Shown: positions 13,380 to 45,576, numbered from the stretch's first letter. The stretch: 64,000 bases of DNA from Yuukianura sp. NJ FZ-2021 (GCA_046563655.1 CM102283.1:7812001-7876000); one strand, 5' to 3'. Numbers and translations are program-made. Notes: generated by a model from the sequence alone, not told the origin.

Positions 13380-15745
13380 GTTGCGAAAACACGGACTTCG
13401 ACTGGAAAAAAATGGTGTCGTCGTCAATGTCTTCGGTTTTACATGGGTACATCGTGGACTTCAACAACTGCTCCTGCCATACTACCTCTCACAGTCCTGT
13501 CGCCTGACACTGACATCGACATTCATACCCTGACCGTCACCGTGGACCAGTGACAAGAACTTAAGGATTCTGGAAGTACGGAACAGGATCTTCAAGAGGT
13601 AGGTGATTATTAACTTCATATTTTATTTCTCCTGTACTTCTCCCTCATTCATTCATTGATGTCATTCATTTTTAGATTTAGCAGTATTTGGAGCAAGAAC
13701 ACGTCGGCTGAACTGGATAAACTACTTCTGAAAGTGCGAAAACGATAACGCCCCTTTGAGCTCTCAAAACGCTGGAAGTTGTCCCACAGTAAGAATTTAC
13801 ACGTTTTCAATAAGATTTTAAGCAAAGGCTTTTATAGTGTTTAACTTTGTTTTGCAAAAGTTTGTTGATAACTCCTTTGAGTTGGCGTATTCCAAGCTTT
13901 ATTTGTACAGACCAATTCATGCAAGTTATCAACACATGCTGACACACGTGGATCGATGTCGTATTCATTTATACTCAAAGTTCTGGATGAATTCTAGTTG
14001 GAGATTATAAGGGAAGTGTTCTGTGTGTACATAATGCATGGAGAGGTGGAGCCCATCCGAACTTTCATACTCTCCGAGCGGTGCGATGGAGGTTGGCGTG
14101 TGTGGACTTGGCAATGAAAAGTGAAACCTAAAGGGTGGACTATAGAAGAAGCCGAAGTGACGGAAATAAATGAGGGACCGGTTGGCTGGGCTGGAAAGTT
14201 GTTTAGTGGTTGTAGCAGGCGATTGCTCAACATTGCGAGGTCTAATATCTTCCTATGTTTTATCTTACAGGGTTTGGAACACTTTTACTTTGGAACATTG
14301 GCTATGAAACAAGAAGTTCTTGGGGATACGAAAATCTACCTCCATACTACTTCTGGGATGCGTACTTATTGCGTGTATATACAAACTACTATGATGGAGA
14401 TTGACTCAAAACCGAGATGGGGCATGGAGGGCTATCCAGCCGAACGGCTACAAGCATACTGAATCTCCATCTCCCCGACGAAAACTTTGACTCAAATCCC
14501 CAGTTCTGTTGATTCTGTCCTTAGGAGCAGCGCGACTGAACGTGAAAGTGGCCCAGATACCTACATTTCCCCCTTTTTCTTCCAAAGATTCACTTTCAGT
14601 TTCATTTACTATTCCTAAACCGAAAATATCCTTGGTGAATCATAAAACTTGGACCCTGACATTATCCTACAAACATTGACCGAGACCCACAGAACAATCC
14701 CTCAACTCGCAAGTATATAACCTCTCAGAAGGCTACACCGGATATCTAAAACAGAGTCAGGGAAAGCTAAGGGACTGGAGTGCCTAGACTCATTCGACTT
14801 TGCCATTGACTGAGTGACCTCATTTCGACGCTGGTTTTGGGGGCCGCCCCACCAACTGAACTCCCCACTCGTTCTACTTTTGCATCTACCCGAATTCGGG
14901 GAGGAAATGGACCACTGACTGCTTCGGCTCCAACTCTAACCTACAAACCTGATTTCTTCGTCAAGGTACGCTTTTCCAGCCCAAAAACTTCCAGTGCACG
15001 CAAATTCTCCAAAGTTAAATTCGACTGGTCTCGTTCTTATTTTACGCTGTGTGTCACTTGTTGTGCCTGGGTTCGCAAAACAGTCTGACGAAACCTTCAC
15101 CTTTACAGCCAATAGTGAACGAAAGTGAACTAAATACTGGCACTGGTAAGGTAAACAGCACAACAAAGGCTCGTCAACGCATTAGATGCAGTAATTAATA
15201 CTATCAACTTCTGATTTTCAATACAACTGTAAGTTGTAATAACTTTACTGTTTCGTTTTCGTTTGTTTCATTTTGATAACAGACACGCAAAGCAGTGACC
15301 TTTGCCTTTCGCCAATTTTGCTAACACTTTTACTTTTCTGCATGTCTTAGAATTATGAGATTATAAAAAGTAATTTGAAAACAATGAATTAACTAATGGA
15401 TTTTTTTGTATACTTTTTAGGAAACTGGAATTTGCAGAAACTATTGGCCGAACGGAGTTATTTGAGATGACGAACTCGGTTATTACCGGCTGATCGCTCC
15501 AGTAGCACCGAAGATTAACCGAACAATCTACATCACACCTAAATTAACCCTGGAAGTAAGTAAATTGTACACTGAAGTATCGACCGTTTTGGTTTTTTTG
15601 ATGTTTCAATTGATATTGATGACTTTCTGTTTTTGTTTTTCAAGATTCCCTGAAGACTTCAACAGTAGCCCGGTAAATGAGCTAGTCAGCTCCCAACTTC
15701 ACTTTTCTCAGAGTCAGAAGAAAACGAAGACAATCATTATTCAAA
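13380..15745 (+). other. Probable spliced non-coding 5' leader of the distal ftz-f1 isoform (or a lncRNA), divergent from Sin1
   Basis: Exon-like blocks bounded by donors (gtagg 13599, gtaag 13789, gtaag 15556) and acceptors (tttag 13675, tacag 13910, tacag 14270, tttag 15420, tcaag 15643). The blocks I translated contain only short ORFs. The start coordinate is approximate. Confidence 0.4.
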
Positions 15746-16100
15746 ATGCATGAAGACGAGGGCGTGGCCGGAGTCATTGTTCCGGTGACATCTACGTCTT
15801 TGGCGACAATCCCTTCCGGTGCAACGAGGCAAAATCTTATTGTGGATTCTCTGGAATTTGATGCAGAGCCTATCGATATTTCCGGTGGCCCACTGGACCA
15901 CATCGCTCCAATGCCCTGTCACGTCGAAAAAGACACTATTCTTGTGCTTCGTCGAAATGGTTCCATCGAGTCCTGTTCCGAAGCCTCCTCGTCATCTTCT
16001 GGTCAACACCAGCACAACACCAACAACCCTTCCAGTGATCTCCGTCAAACTGACGGCATGGACGAAGAAGAAGTCCAACCGGTGGATTTGCATTTAATCG
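15746..16100 (+). CDS. ftz-f1: Distal alternative first coding exon of ftz-f1 (MHEDEG... N-terminus), predicted to splice to 28451
   Basis: caaaATG start context, 118 codons plus 1 nt, strong phase-1 donor G|gtgagt matching the phase-1 acceptor at 28451. The MHED/MHEE start resembles insect FTZ-F1 N-termini as I recall them. Confidence 0.65.
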
Positions 16101-17341
16101 GTGAGTAACATCCATTTTTACTGTTAAATTCTTTACGTTAAGACGGAATGGTTGTCATCATGTCCAAATGTGGACTCACGGTCATGCACGCAGGTCAGGT
16201 TGATGGATTGGTGAGGGACTCGAGTTTTAGGCAAGTATAGAGTTACTTAGATGTTGAGCAGTTGAGCTGTTTTCAAGTTTTTTTTTGAAAGATGACGATA
16301 GTTTTTTGTAAGATGGTGGAGGAGGGGATGAGAAGTACTAACGACAACATCTTACACCTGAGATCCATTATGAGATTTTTCTACAGTCCAGCGATTCGCC
16401 TGAGGCTGTTCAAGTAGGAAAATCAACCAAGAAGAAAGAGAAATGTTGGATCTTTTGAGGTGGTACTAACTGAACAGGAGAACCAGAGATTCTGGATTGC
16501 ATAATGCTGAAACTACCTCACATTCATTTTCATTCAGATTCTGAAAGGGAGGCCAAACAATGGAGCCTCAGGCATTCAAAAATGGTAAATATAAACTATT
16601 CACCAGGAGAGACCCATGCCTGCGGCATTGTTCAAAACAAGTTTTTTGAAATTTGAAACACAACATTTGAAAAAATCATCATAAGGATTTTAGGCATAGG
16701 GATTGATTTTGTACCGATTTGGAACAGATTTTGACCTCTCGTTCTCGAATTTCATTTTGGGAATTCTTTGTTGTTTGAATTTTTGAAAAATTGATGCCGA
16801 TTTGGTGATTTAAATCAATCGCATCGTTCTGCGCACATTTCAAACTTTGTTGCAAAAAGTTGCATTGTTTTTTTAGAAGTGTATGTTTTCTGGATCTGTG
16901 GTTATTAGGCTCGTTTGTGGTGAAATAATTTGTTTCAGAAAGATCTTAAGTTAAGATATTATATTCTGGATGCTGTATATAATTTTTTGTCGTTTAAAGT
17001 TTTTGTAAAGGCTGAAACCTGTTTGAAGTCCCTACCTCGCCCATTATCAAATGACGTATAATGTGGCTTGTTGCATGCTGTCTAACAATCTCTGGGTATC
17101 CTGGTGGAACAAAAAAAAAGAGAAAAACTTCGTATTATATTTTTTTTTCAAAAACTTTTACTTTCATCGTGAGACTGAGACTTGAGGAAGACGGTTCTTT
17201 TCTTCCCTTTTCCTTTTCTTTTTAAAAGTGAATGCTGCAATTTCAACAATGGCGTAGAGATGGACTAATGATCATAATTCCTACTGGTGGAGGTAGATGT
17301 AGTAAGTTCTACTTATTGTTGGATGCTGGCTGAATGCTGCT

Positions 17342-17394
17342 CTTACTAGTATTTAAAATACTTACTAGTATTTAAAATACTTACTTAGTATTTT
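17342..17394. repeat. Short tandem repeat, 19-bp unit cttactagtatttaaaata, about 2.7 copies
   Basis: Directly visible tandem copies. Confidence 0.8.
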
Positions 17395-18442
17395 CCTAGC
17401 TACTTTAGATGAATGATGTGCAAAAATCACAATTGACTTCAGTTTTTTTGGTATTAGTTAAGGGGAATTTGTTAGGTTAGTTTTTATGTAGGCAACTTTT
17501 ATGGAGTTTTTTTTTTGAGTTTTATTTTTCCAGAGTACTTTCAGTTTCTGTGGTTATGATTTAGAAAAAGCGGGCAAGTTAGAGCGTCTTGTACTTCGGA
17601 GTTGTTAATTTTTTCAAGGGATAAAGTTGGCAAATGAGGAAGAGTGTTGGAGCTGTTTAGAAGATGCTGGATGCATAAATTATTGATTAATCGATTTGTT
17701 TGGACATTACGATAGTTAATAGTAGTTTGTTGGTGCAGTTCAATGTCAATGTCATCTGAGTAATTACTGAAAATGCTTCCTCAGGAATCAGGATTTGCAT
17801 TAGAGGGATTTTGAGGGACAGGGTGTTGCCCTGCGGAATAACCAAAACCAGCCAGAGACATTTCGTCAATTCATGCTCTAAATTCTCAATATAAAAATTG
17901 AACCTACCCTAACAATTTTTCATGGCCGAAACAGGAACTATTGGCCGTCATTAGGCTATTAAAAATATAATTTGGATCGACATCATAAAATTTTATTAAC
18001 ATTTAGCTGTTTTTTGTTATTTTTTTAACCAGATTTTTGAAGCACTAACTATTAACTCTAACTATAATTAAGTTTCCTGAATCCCCCGATAAGCTCTAAA
18101 GTCAATTTCAATTTTTGAAGTGTCAATTGAAGACTAACGGGAGAAATTGAAAATTTTGCACGCTGAATTGCACAGCTTCTGGTGAATTTTTTCGGTTAAT
18201 GCATAGTTGCTTGGTTACTGCTCGATCTCGAGTTTAATCTAGAATCCATATTTCTCATTTACTTTTGAATATTTTGCAATAATTTTCCGTGTTAAGTGGA
18301 GTTCACTGTTTTTGGAAAATTATGGTTGTTAAGTTTTAGCATTAGAGTGATGCTGGAGGCTGTTTGTCACATGGTTTAGCTGGTTTTTGTTGGTATGAAA
18401 GTGAATTTGTGAGAGGTGGGAGTCTGTTGAGGAGTGGAAGTA

Positions 18443-37841
<19,399 letters not shown>

Positions 37842-40800
37842 GAAGCGACGGTTCCGAAAACTTTCTTTCTGTATTTCTTAGGAAATGAAGCCCTCCCTCT
37901 GCCCCTTTCGAATTCAATTGCCGTGGAAATGGAAACCACACACAAGATCCACGGCGTCCTTTTCTTCTCTATTTTAAATTTACATGACTATGTTAGTAAG
38001 TGCGGAGAGAGTGTAACTTATTCTTGTGGAGTTTTTATATTCTCAAATCAATTGCCGTTCGTCGTCGTTACTAAGGTGGGAAGTCATCTCGTCATCTTCT
38101 AAAACCCTTAAAAAGAAAAAGTCAAGTCAAAACAAGTTTAGCAAAGAGAGAACTCTAGAAAAGAAACTTCGAACAGTTGTTTTTTGTCTTGTTGTGAAAA
38201 TTACAAATTCCAAGAAGAAGAAGCGAGAAAGGTTCTCAGCAGCGCGCTTTTATATTAATAAGTTTAGTTTAAAAAAAGGCAGTTTGTCATACATTATTGA
38301 TGAAGACATAGGATACGGGAAAATCTGTGATTTACAAGGTAAAAGTTAAGGCGAAAAAGGTGGTGGGTTTAGCTCATAGTTTTCTTAATTAGTTAATTAC
38401 AATTAGGCGTGTCCTGTATTTTTTCAAGAGGTCCCTTACTCGCTATTGGTTCTGCAGGGTTTTGTAGTTAAAATTGTGTAAAACGAGAGGCTCTAATTTT
38501 GAATTGGACATTTTTGGCAGACCTTTAAGGGCTAGAAAACTATTCTAATTTACAAAACTTTTCTTTTCTTTTTCTTTATTAGGCTTTAGTAAAAGTAATG
38601 ATTAGCAAAGAGTGAGATGTAAAGAACGCCTGGAAAAAATCGGTTTTTCGGAAAACGATTTTCAGCGTTCTGATTCTCCTGGGGGGATATTCGAGGGGTA
38701 TTGTCTTGTCTTTCCCGTTTGCTCAGAAAGTAATTTTTGGATTGATTATGTTGCTTTTTCGGGTTTATTTTTTTGAAAAGAGAGGCGATGGTTTACTTTC
38801 CGAATGGAAGAAAAAGCGAAAGTGATCATAAGAAAATTGCTAATGAGTAGAAAAAGAAATGGGAAGACAAGTTAAGATTATAAAATAACCATTAGGTTTT
38901 TCCTTTTCTTTTCCAAAGTGTTTGCGTTTGTCATAAAATTTCTTCTATTTTTCTATATTAGGATTTAAAATGGCTCTGACGCGGACGCGATCTTTTTTTG
39001 TGAAATATTTAAAGAATTAGGCTTAAATGTATTTCTTTGCGTGGAAGATTAAGATAAAATTTATTGAAACATTTTCATTTCTTGTAACAAGTTGTAATTG
39101 GACGGGAAGAAATGGTGACGGAAGAAATTTTTTTCTTGGGATCTTCTGGGCATCAAAAATTTTAGTTCTTATGAGTTACAACTAAAAATTAATTTTCTAA
39201 GAATTATAAAAACGAAAAAGAGGTGCATGGGAGCCTCTTCCTAATATGTTTACGGAAGAAATCTATATATTATATTCAAATTAAACTAAAAGTTATATTA
39301 CACTAATGTTAGGAGAAAACTGTGTACACATTCATGAGTTATAAATTTAGAGGAAATGGAAGTTTGGTGTTAGGGTCGTGGTGTCCAGATAATCAAAAGT
39401 GTATAAAAGATAATCACAATTTATTATAAACTTATTTTTTAGAAGTAACACAATGGAAGCGGATTTAGTATATATTTAGTAAAAATTAGGAATTGAAAAG
39501 CATGTAATAACATTTAGGACACGGAAGCAAAGTTAATTTAGATGTATAGAAATTTATTTCTTGTGGTTAGTGAATAATTAGTTGTACTAAAAATAGTTGT
39601 AAGGAATAAGTTAATTGAAAAATTTATTTACAAAGGTCTCGTTGGCAGAATAAGGCTTGTAAGAATTTTTTTTTTGGAAACTAAGGAAAATTTACTTGAT
39701 GAAACTGAGAACATATTGACAGCTATTTTTATGAAATAAGGAATCCAAAAAGAGCGCGAAGAACTTTGCAAAAAGAAAATTTTGCCGCAAAACTTGAAAT
39801 TAGTATAATATCTCACGCGAATGTGAATTTACCGGCTTTTTAGTCATTTTTTCAGCTGCAGCTTTAAGTTGTAGCCACACTACTGCTGCTGCGCTCGCGC
39901 AGAAAAAAAAACCTACTTTTTTCTGTCAATTTCTTACAAACAAAAACGAAAAGTATTGTCATTACCATCACCGCTGGCTGTTTTCATATAGAAATTTTTC
40001 GTTAAAGTCTCCTTCCCTATAAAGTCAGTCAATTTTGCTGACTTTTGCTTTTCTTTTCTTAAATTGTAACATTTCTTTTTCAAATTGTGTTTTTTTCTTT
40101 TTGATCAATGTGACAGGGACAATCAAAATTGAAACAGAAAACTTAAAACAATCTGAAACCAATCAAAACTTTGCTTGGATGCTAAAACAAACCTTATTAG
40201 AACAATCAAAATCGTTAGTTTTGTAACACCGCTCCTGCGTAAAGCCTAATACATTCCAATTGTGATTTCTGTTGATGTCCTGCCTATGCTCACGTGACCT
40301 ACACTTTAGTATGGTAAAGAACTGTTTGTTGGAAATATATATTTGACCTTTACACTAAAAACATGTGTAAACTATACTAAAAATTGTCGCTGTGTAAGGC
40401 TTTTTTCAGATGTGACTTCTTTAAATTTCTGTTTAAAGCCATTGAAGTTAAGAGTTCATTTAATTTAAATTTGTCTAAAAAGTTATCTTTGTAGTAAAAC
40501 AAAAGATTGTAGCAAGTGCTGGGAATTTTTGTATTGAGTGACTCCTTTGTTTTCTCTGCTAAATTAATTCTGTCTTACGCTGTTTGTTAGGTTCGAATGA
40601 CTGATGACATAACTTTCATAAGAAATCTACTTACTATTTTCTTTTTCGGTGTAAGAAAGGAAATTTAAGGTTCAAAATGTGGAATTAAAAGCGACGGAAG
40701 GAGGACTGAATGTATCCTAAAACACACAGCAGATAAATCATTGTAAAGGTTACATTTATAAAATTGTAGTGAATTAAAAACCGGATGGATTCAAACTCTC

Positions 40801-41290
40801 ATGGTAGTTTACTTTTTTTCCTCCTGAGTTTTGTTTTGAAAACATTTTTGAAGCCAAATGATGTGCTGCTGCTTGAGATGAGCCAACGAGTAGCGAAAAC
40901 TCTTCTAAAGTTGCAATTTTAAAAAATATAGACCAACGCTACATTTCGTGAATTTTATTTTGGAGGTACGGTTTCTGTGATTCATGGTTCAAATGGAGAC
41001 ATGAGAATTGAGAAGCGATTTGTATTGCATTTGCAACTGAAAAAGTTGAGGAGAAAAACGGCCACACTTGAATGGATTAATCCCTAAACTTTTTCGTCTC
41101 ATTCAAACTGTCGCCATAAAAAGCCAGCATACAAACATTTTTTTTTAGAAAAACGGAAATTCGAAATGTCCACTTTTGAATTTGCATTCGGATAGGTTTT
41201 GAGTCGCTGAATCCAAATCTGCAATCACATTTCCTTGGGCTCCACGATTTCCCGAGTTACAGCCATTTTGTGGGCATTGAGAGTTTTTTT

Positions 41291-42709
41291 TTTGAAAATT
41301 AAAATGAAATTTTGAAATTTTATATCTCGAGAACGGAAAGCGATAGAGATCTAATCTCTTCGCGAAAAACTTTCAAATAATATGAAGAATTTTTACAAAT
41401 TTTAAAAACTCCAAAATCGAACATCAAGTTTTTCGTCAAATTTTGAAAAAAACCATGGACTATAGTCCATGGATTTTTTCGAAATTTCGTCAAAATCTGA
41501 GGGTACCTTTTTATGTTTTCTAAAAATACTGTCTATTTTTGTGAGTTCAGGAGCGAAGAGTTTACCTTTCTATCACTTTCCGTTCCCGAGTTATAAATTT
41601 TGAAAGTTTTTGAAAATTAAAATGGAATTTTGAAAATTTATATCTCGTGAACGGAAAGCGATAGAGACCTAATCTCTTCGCGAAAAACTTCCAAATAATA
41701 TGAAGAATTTTTAGAAATTATGAAAACTCCAAAATCGAACATCAAGTTTTTCGTCAAATTTTGAAAAAAACCATGGACTATAGTCCATGGATTTTTTCGA
41801 AATTTCGTCAAAATCTGAGGGTACCATTTTATATTTTCTAAAAATACTGTATATTTTTGTGAGTTCAGGAGCGATGAGTTTACCTTTCTATCACTTTCCG
41901 TTCCCGAGTTATGAATTTTGAAAGTTTTTGAAAATTAAAATGAAATTTTGAAATTTTATATCTCGAGAACGGAAAGCGATAGAGACCGAATCTCTTCGCG
42001 AAAAACTTCCAAATAATATGAAGAATTTTTAGAAATTATGAAAACTCCAAAATCGAACATCAAGTTTTTCGTCAAATTTTGAAAAAAACCATGGACTATA
42101 GTCCATGGATTTTTTCGAAATTTCGTCAAAATCTGAGGGTACCTTTTTATATTTTCTAAAAATACTGTATATTTTTGTGAGTTCAGGAGCGAAGAGTTTA
42201 CCTTTCTATCACTTTCCGTTCCCGAGTTATGAATTTTGAAAGTTTTTGAAAATTAAAATGAAATTTTGAAAATTTATATCTCGTGAACGGAAAGCGATAG
42301 AGACCTAATCTCTTCGCGAAAAACTTTCAAATAATATGAAGAATTTTTAGGAATTCTGAAAACTCCAAAATCGAACATCAAGTTTTTCGTCAAATTTTGA
42401 AAAAAACCATGGACTATAGTCCATGGATTTTTTCGAAATTTGGTCAAAATCTGAGGGTACCTTTTTATATTTTCTAAAAATACTGTATATTTTTGTGAGT
42501 TCAGGAGCGAAGAGTTTACCTTTCTATCACTTTCCGTTCCCGAGTTATGAATTTTGAAAGTTTTTGAAAATTAAAATGAAATTTTGAAATTTTATATCTC
42601 GTGAACGGAAAGCGATAGAGATCTAATCTCTTCGCGAAAAACTTTCAAATAATATGAAGAATTTTTAGAAATTCTGAAAACTCCAAAATCGAACATCAAG
42701 TTTTTCGTC
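41291..42709. repeat. Tandem array of a 318-bp internally palindromic (fold-back) unit, about 4.5 copies; satellite or MITE/Helitron-derived
   Basis: Perfect 20-bp palindrome CCATGGACTATAGTCCATGG at 41453, 41771, 42089 and 42407, spaced exactly 318 bp. Outer arms 41321-41349 and 41567-41595 are 25/29 inverted matches. Confidence 0.95.
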
Positions 42710-43029
42710 TTTAGAAACGAAACGTGGCTATATCCTTCCCGTTTTTACAGATTTCATCAGAATCGGATTTCGAAAATTCTCGAGTTATAGCAGTTTTTAT
42801 AATCATTGAGAAGCTTTGTTTGGAGTTCCGCTCTACTGCAATTTTTTACTACGTAATTTTTTTTTTAAAAATCGGAAATTTGAAATGTCCACTTGAAATG
42901 TCCAGAAAAAGAAGTTTTTAATACAATTCATTACTTATAACTTGTGGTCTAGATTTTGTTTGAATTTACATTTTAACAAATACAACGAAGAACTCTGCCG
43001 CGATGAGGTCTTGTATATTTAATATTTTG

Positions 43030-43959
43030 TTAAATGTCTTTCAGTAAAATAGGTTTGTTTTGAGGATAGTGGTAAATGTTTGAACTTCTAAACATTTGAT
43101 CACAGTCCTTTGTAAAATATGTTCTACTGAACACTGATCTGCCAAAAGTGTTTTGACATCCCAGAATGTTGATGGCTTCAGATGCAATTGTTTGTCTAAA
43201 GTAGTAATTGTTCCCTTTGACCTCCACTAGTCCATCCAGGATGACATTCGTAAGCCTGCCACAACACGTTCCAGCTTCCAGGAGCAGAGCCAGTCCTTGC
43301 TTGGGATTATTATGAACTGCCAAATTGTGCATTTTTGTACGATCTCCACTTTCGACTAAGATTCCGGAACTGGCGTTGGAAAAACTGATGTCCCGAAGAA
43401 CGTTGTCGTTTCCTTGAATGACGATTCCTTCCTTGACGTTTGATATCGAAATGGATCCAAATTCATTTTCGTTTCCTAGAATTGCAATAGCTTGAAGTGC
43501 TTTGTTAACTCCCAGTGATTCTCCATGATTATTGTTTCCTTCTATAACTATTCCGTCTTCAATAGCCGAAATGTTTAGATCTTTCAGGAACCAATAATCT
43601 CCGCGAATCAGAATGCCAGTAGTGTTGGCTATAATGCGGGTTGTGGCTGCTCCGTCGGCTTGTTGCCGCCTAAGATAATAATGAGAGCAGTATTTAGAAA
43701 TCATAAAAGTTTTCAAAACAAATCTTTTTGATTGTCCGTCTTACCCGATGACTTGAATTGGATGACTCTTCTCTCCGCTGTGCTCCATTGCAAAATCTCC
43801 AGCGTAGTCGATAGCTTCCAGTTGAATTGTGTCTCCAGGGTTTGAAGCGTCGATAGCTTTTTGAAAATCTTCTGCAGATTTGGGGTTGGACAGCCTGCAA
43901 TCCACTGCAATAAAAGTGCTGCATACCACCAAAAGTACTACGAAAATATTGGCAGTCAT
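43030..43959 (-). CDS. Secreted right-handed parallel beta-helix (pectin-lyase-fold) protein; exons 43959-43745 and 43669-43030
   Basis: Signal peptide MTANIFVVLLVVCSTFIAVDC; beta-helix cap FQKAIDASNPGDTIQL..SGEKSHPIQVIG; PbH1-like repeats GIVIEGNNN, AIAILGNEN, GIVIQGNDN, GILVESGDR; one phase-2 GT-AG intron. Confidence 0.8.
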
Positions 43960-44790
43960 AATTAAAAATTTCACAATGTGTTTGAACAAAATCTGTTTAG
44001 CAAAGGTTTGGACCTGAAAACTTCACAGTTAAAAGAATAGAAAGTTGTTGTTGTGGTTTCTTTGAGGTCTTTTGCCTCACTGCATCTCCCTACGACTTTT
44101 CTGAATAACAATTCAGGGCCACTACAATTGTTCACCCCCTTCACTTACCCTTTCATCTAAAATTCTGAATTTGGCTTGAGGCGACAAATTCCTTCTTGTT
44201 TTTCACTATGCAACAACAAATCTCAGCGTAGAGTTCAAAAATGTATAAAAATTATATAATAATGCTGTTATGAGAAAAATGTTTAGAGGATGAACTGTTT
44301 TGAAAGATAAGTGTGCAACACTCTCAACCATTTAAAAATCTCTAAAACATGTTTTCTAGAGATTCACTCTTAATTTGACAGCCAATTTCGCAGAGTTTAA
44401 TGAGTATTTGAATTAAATATGAGTAATACATTTAACCTGACTTAAAGGGTTTAAGTCAACAACTGTCCCAAGTGCTCTATGAAAGAGAATTTTAGGGAGA
44501 GTAGCGAAATTTCAAAAAATAGAGTTGTAACAGAATTTGCAACAAATAACTACGTTTTTCACATTTTCAAAAAATTAGTTTGCGTGTTTCTTTTTACATT
44601 GAATGCGTATAATTAATGACACGCTTGCGTGAATACCCTAAAAATGCAGTACGTACAGTAAAATATCTAAAGATGCTGAGATTCTTCAAGCACTATTTGG
44701 TTCCAAGAGAAAGCAGGCACTGAAAGCGTCTATTTTTACGAGTAACATTCGTAGTGGTGCTCGGGCAGGAGCAGCTGAAGTTGCCACAGA

Positions 44791-45576
44791 CTAACCATGC
44801 TTCCTGCGTTCGTACAATGCCATGCCAATGCCAAAGCAACAAAGACAAAGGAATATGGATAGAATGACGCAGGAGAGGATCACGATGACCATGATGAGCC
44901 AATAGGCAAAGAGAAATAGGTTGGGGTTGCAGTAGTAGTTGACCTCATCTGGCCCCACGCTGTACGGTTCGAATTTGACATTCGGAGAAAGTCGAAAGAC
45001 CACGAATACCAAGAAGATGAATACCACCGTTTTCACCATTCTGGCAATGTACACGACGTAGTAGAACCAGTCCTTCTTCGGCTTTGTCACCTTGACCTCT
45101 CCTCCGGCTTCATCCGTTGTCACCGCCACCATGAACCGACTTCGTCCTTCTATGAGACTGAAGAAGACAGCAAGGACTCCACTGGCAATTAGCATGGGTG
45201 CCAACCTCTCATCTCCAGGGCAATTTTCTTTGTCCAAGTATATGATTCCAATGACAATACAAGCAATGGAGATACCGTTGACCAACGTCAGAACGACTAC
45301 TAAAGAGAGAAGAGAACAGCAAAGGGTGCAGGCCAATCCCATTGCACCTCCTTCCCAGTTGCTACATACTCTAGTGCTTCTGCGCAGAAGGATATGTTTG
45401 TTTTTGAAAGTGCCGCCGCTGACAATTTGTCCATCGCCATCCTCCTCTTGTCCACCGAAATGCCCGTCAATGATTCTCTGTGCTTCTGGATAAGTTGTGT
45501 CCTTCGGTTGACCTTGCGGTGTCAACTGAATACCTGTGTCATTTTCAACCCGGTATTCGACTACTAGATCCAGTGT
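44791..45576 (-). CDS. TMEM272-like four-TM membrane protein; 5' exon not located
   Basis: IACIVIGIIYLDKENCP..PMLIASG and YCNPNLFLFAYW motifs with four hydrophobic segments. The frame is open back to acceptor tttttag|ACA at 45576. Confidence 0.7.
   Translation of the reverse strand, partial: TLDLVVEYRVENDTGIQLTPQGQPKDTTYPEAQRIIDGHFGGQEEDGDGQIVSGGTFKNKHILLRRSTRVCSNWEGGAMGLACTLCCSLLSLVVVLTLVNGISIACIVIGIIYLDKENCPGDERLAPMLIASGVLAVFFSLIEGRSRFMVAVTTDEAGGEVKVTKPKKDWFYYVVYIARMVKTVVFIFLVFVVFRLSPNVKFEPYSVGPDEVNYYCNPNLFLFAYWLIMVIVILSCVILSIFLCLCCFGIGMALYERRKHG

Noticed and set aside
14121-14462. 113-aa plus-strand ORF upstream of ftz-f1
   Set aside because: GTG start, crosses an apparent intron and has no recognisable domain; treated as part of the non-coding leader.
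16312-16458. Stop-codon readthrough (TAA-C) joining DGGGGDEKY to the CWIF-ending frame
   Set aside because: TAA is the least leaky stop, and it lies within a TACTAAC branch-like motif upstream of an acceptor; splicing or chance explains it better.
41291-42709. Regularly spaced palindromic 20-mers resembling a CRISPR array
   Set aside because: The intervening sequences are near-identical 298-bp copies, not unique spacers. There are no cas genes and the context is eukaryotic.
45092-45493. 133-aa plus-strand ORF
   Set aside because: Antisense shadow of the TMEM272-like exon.
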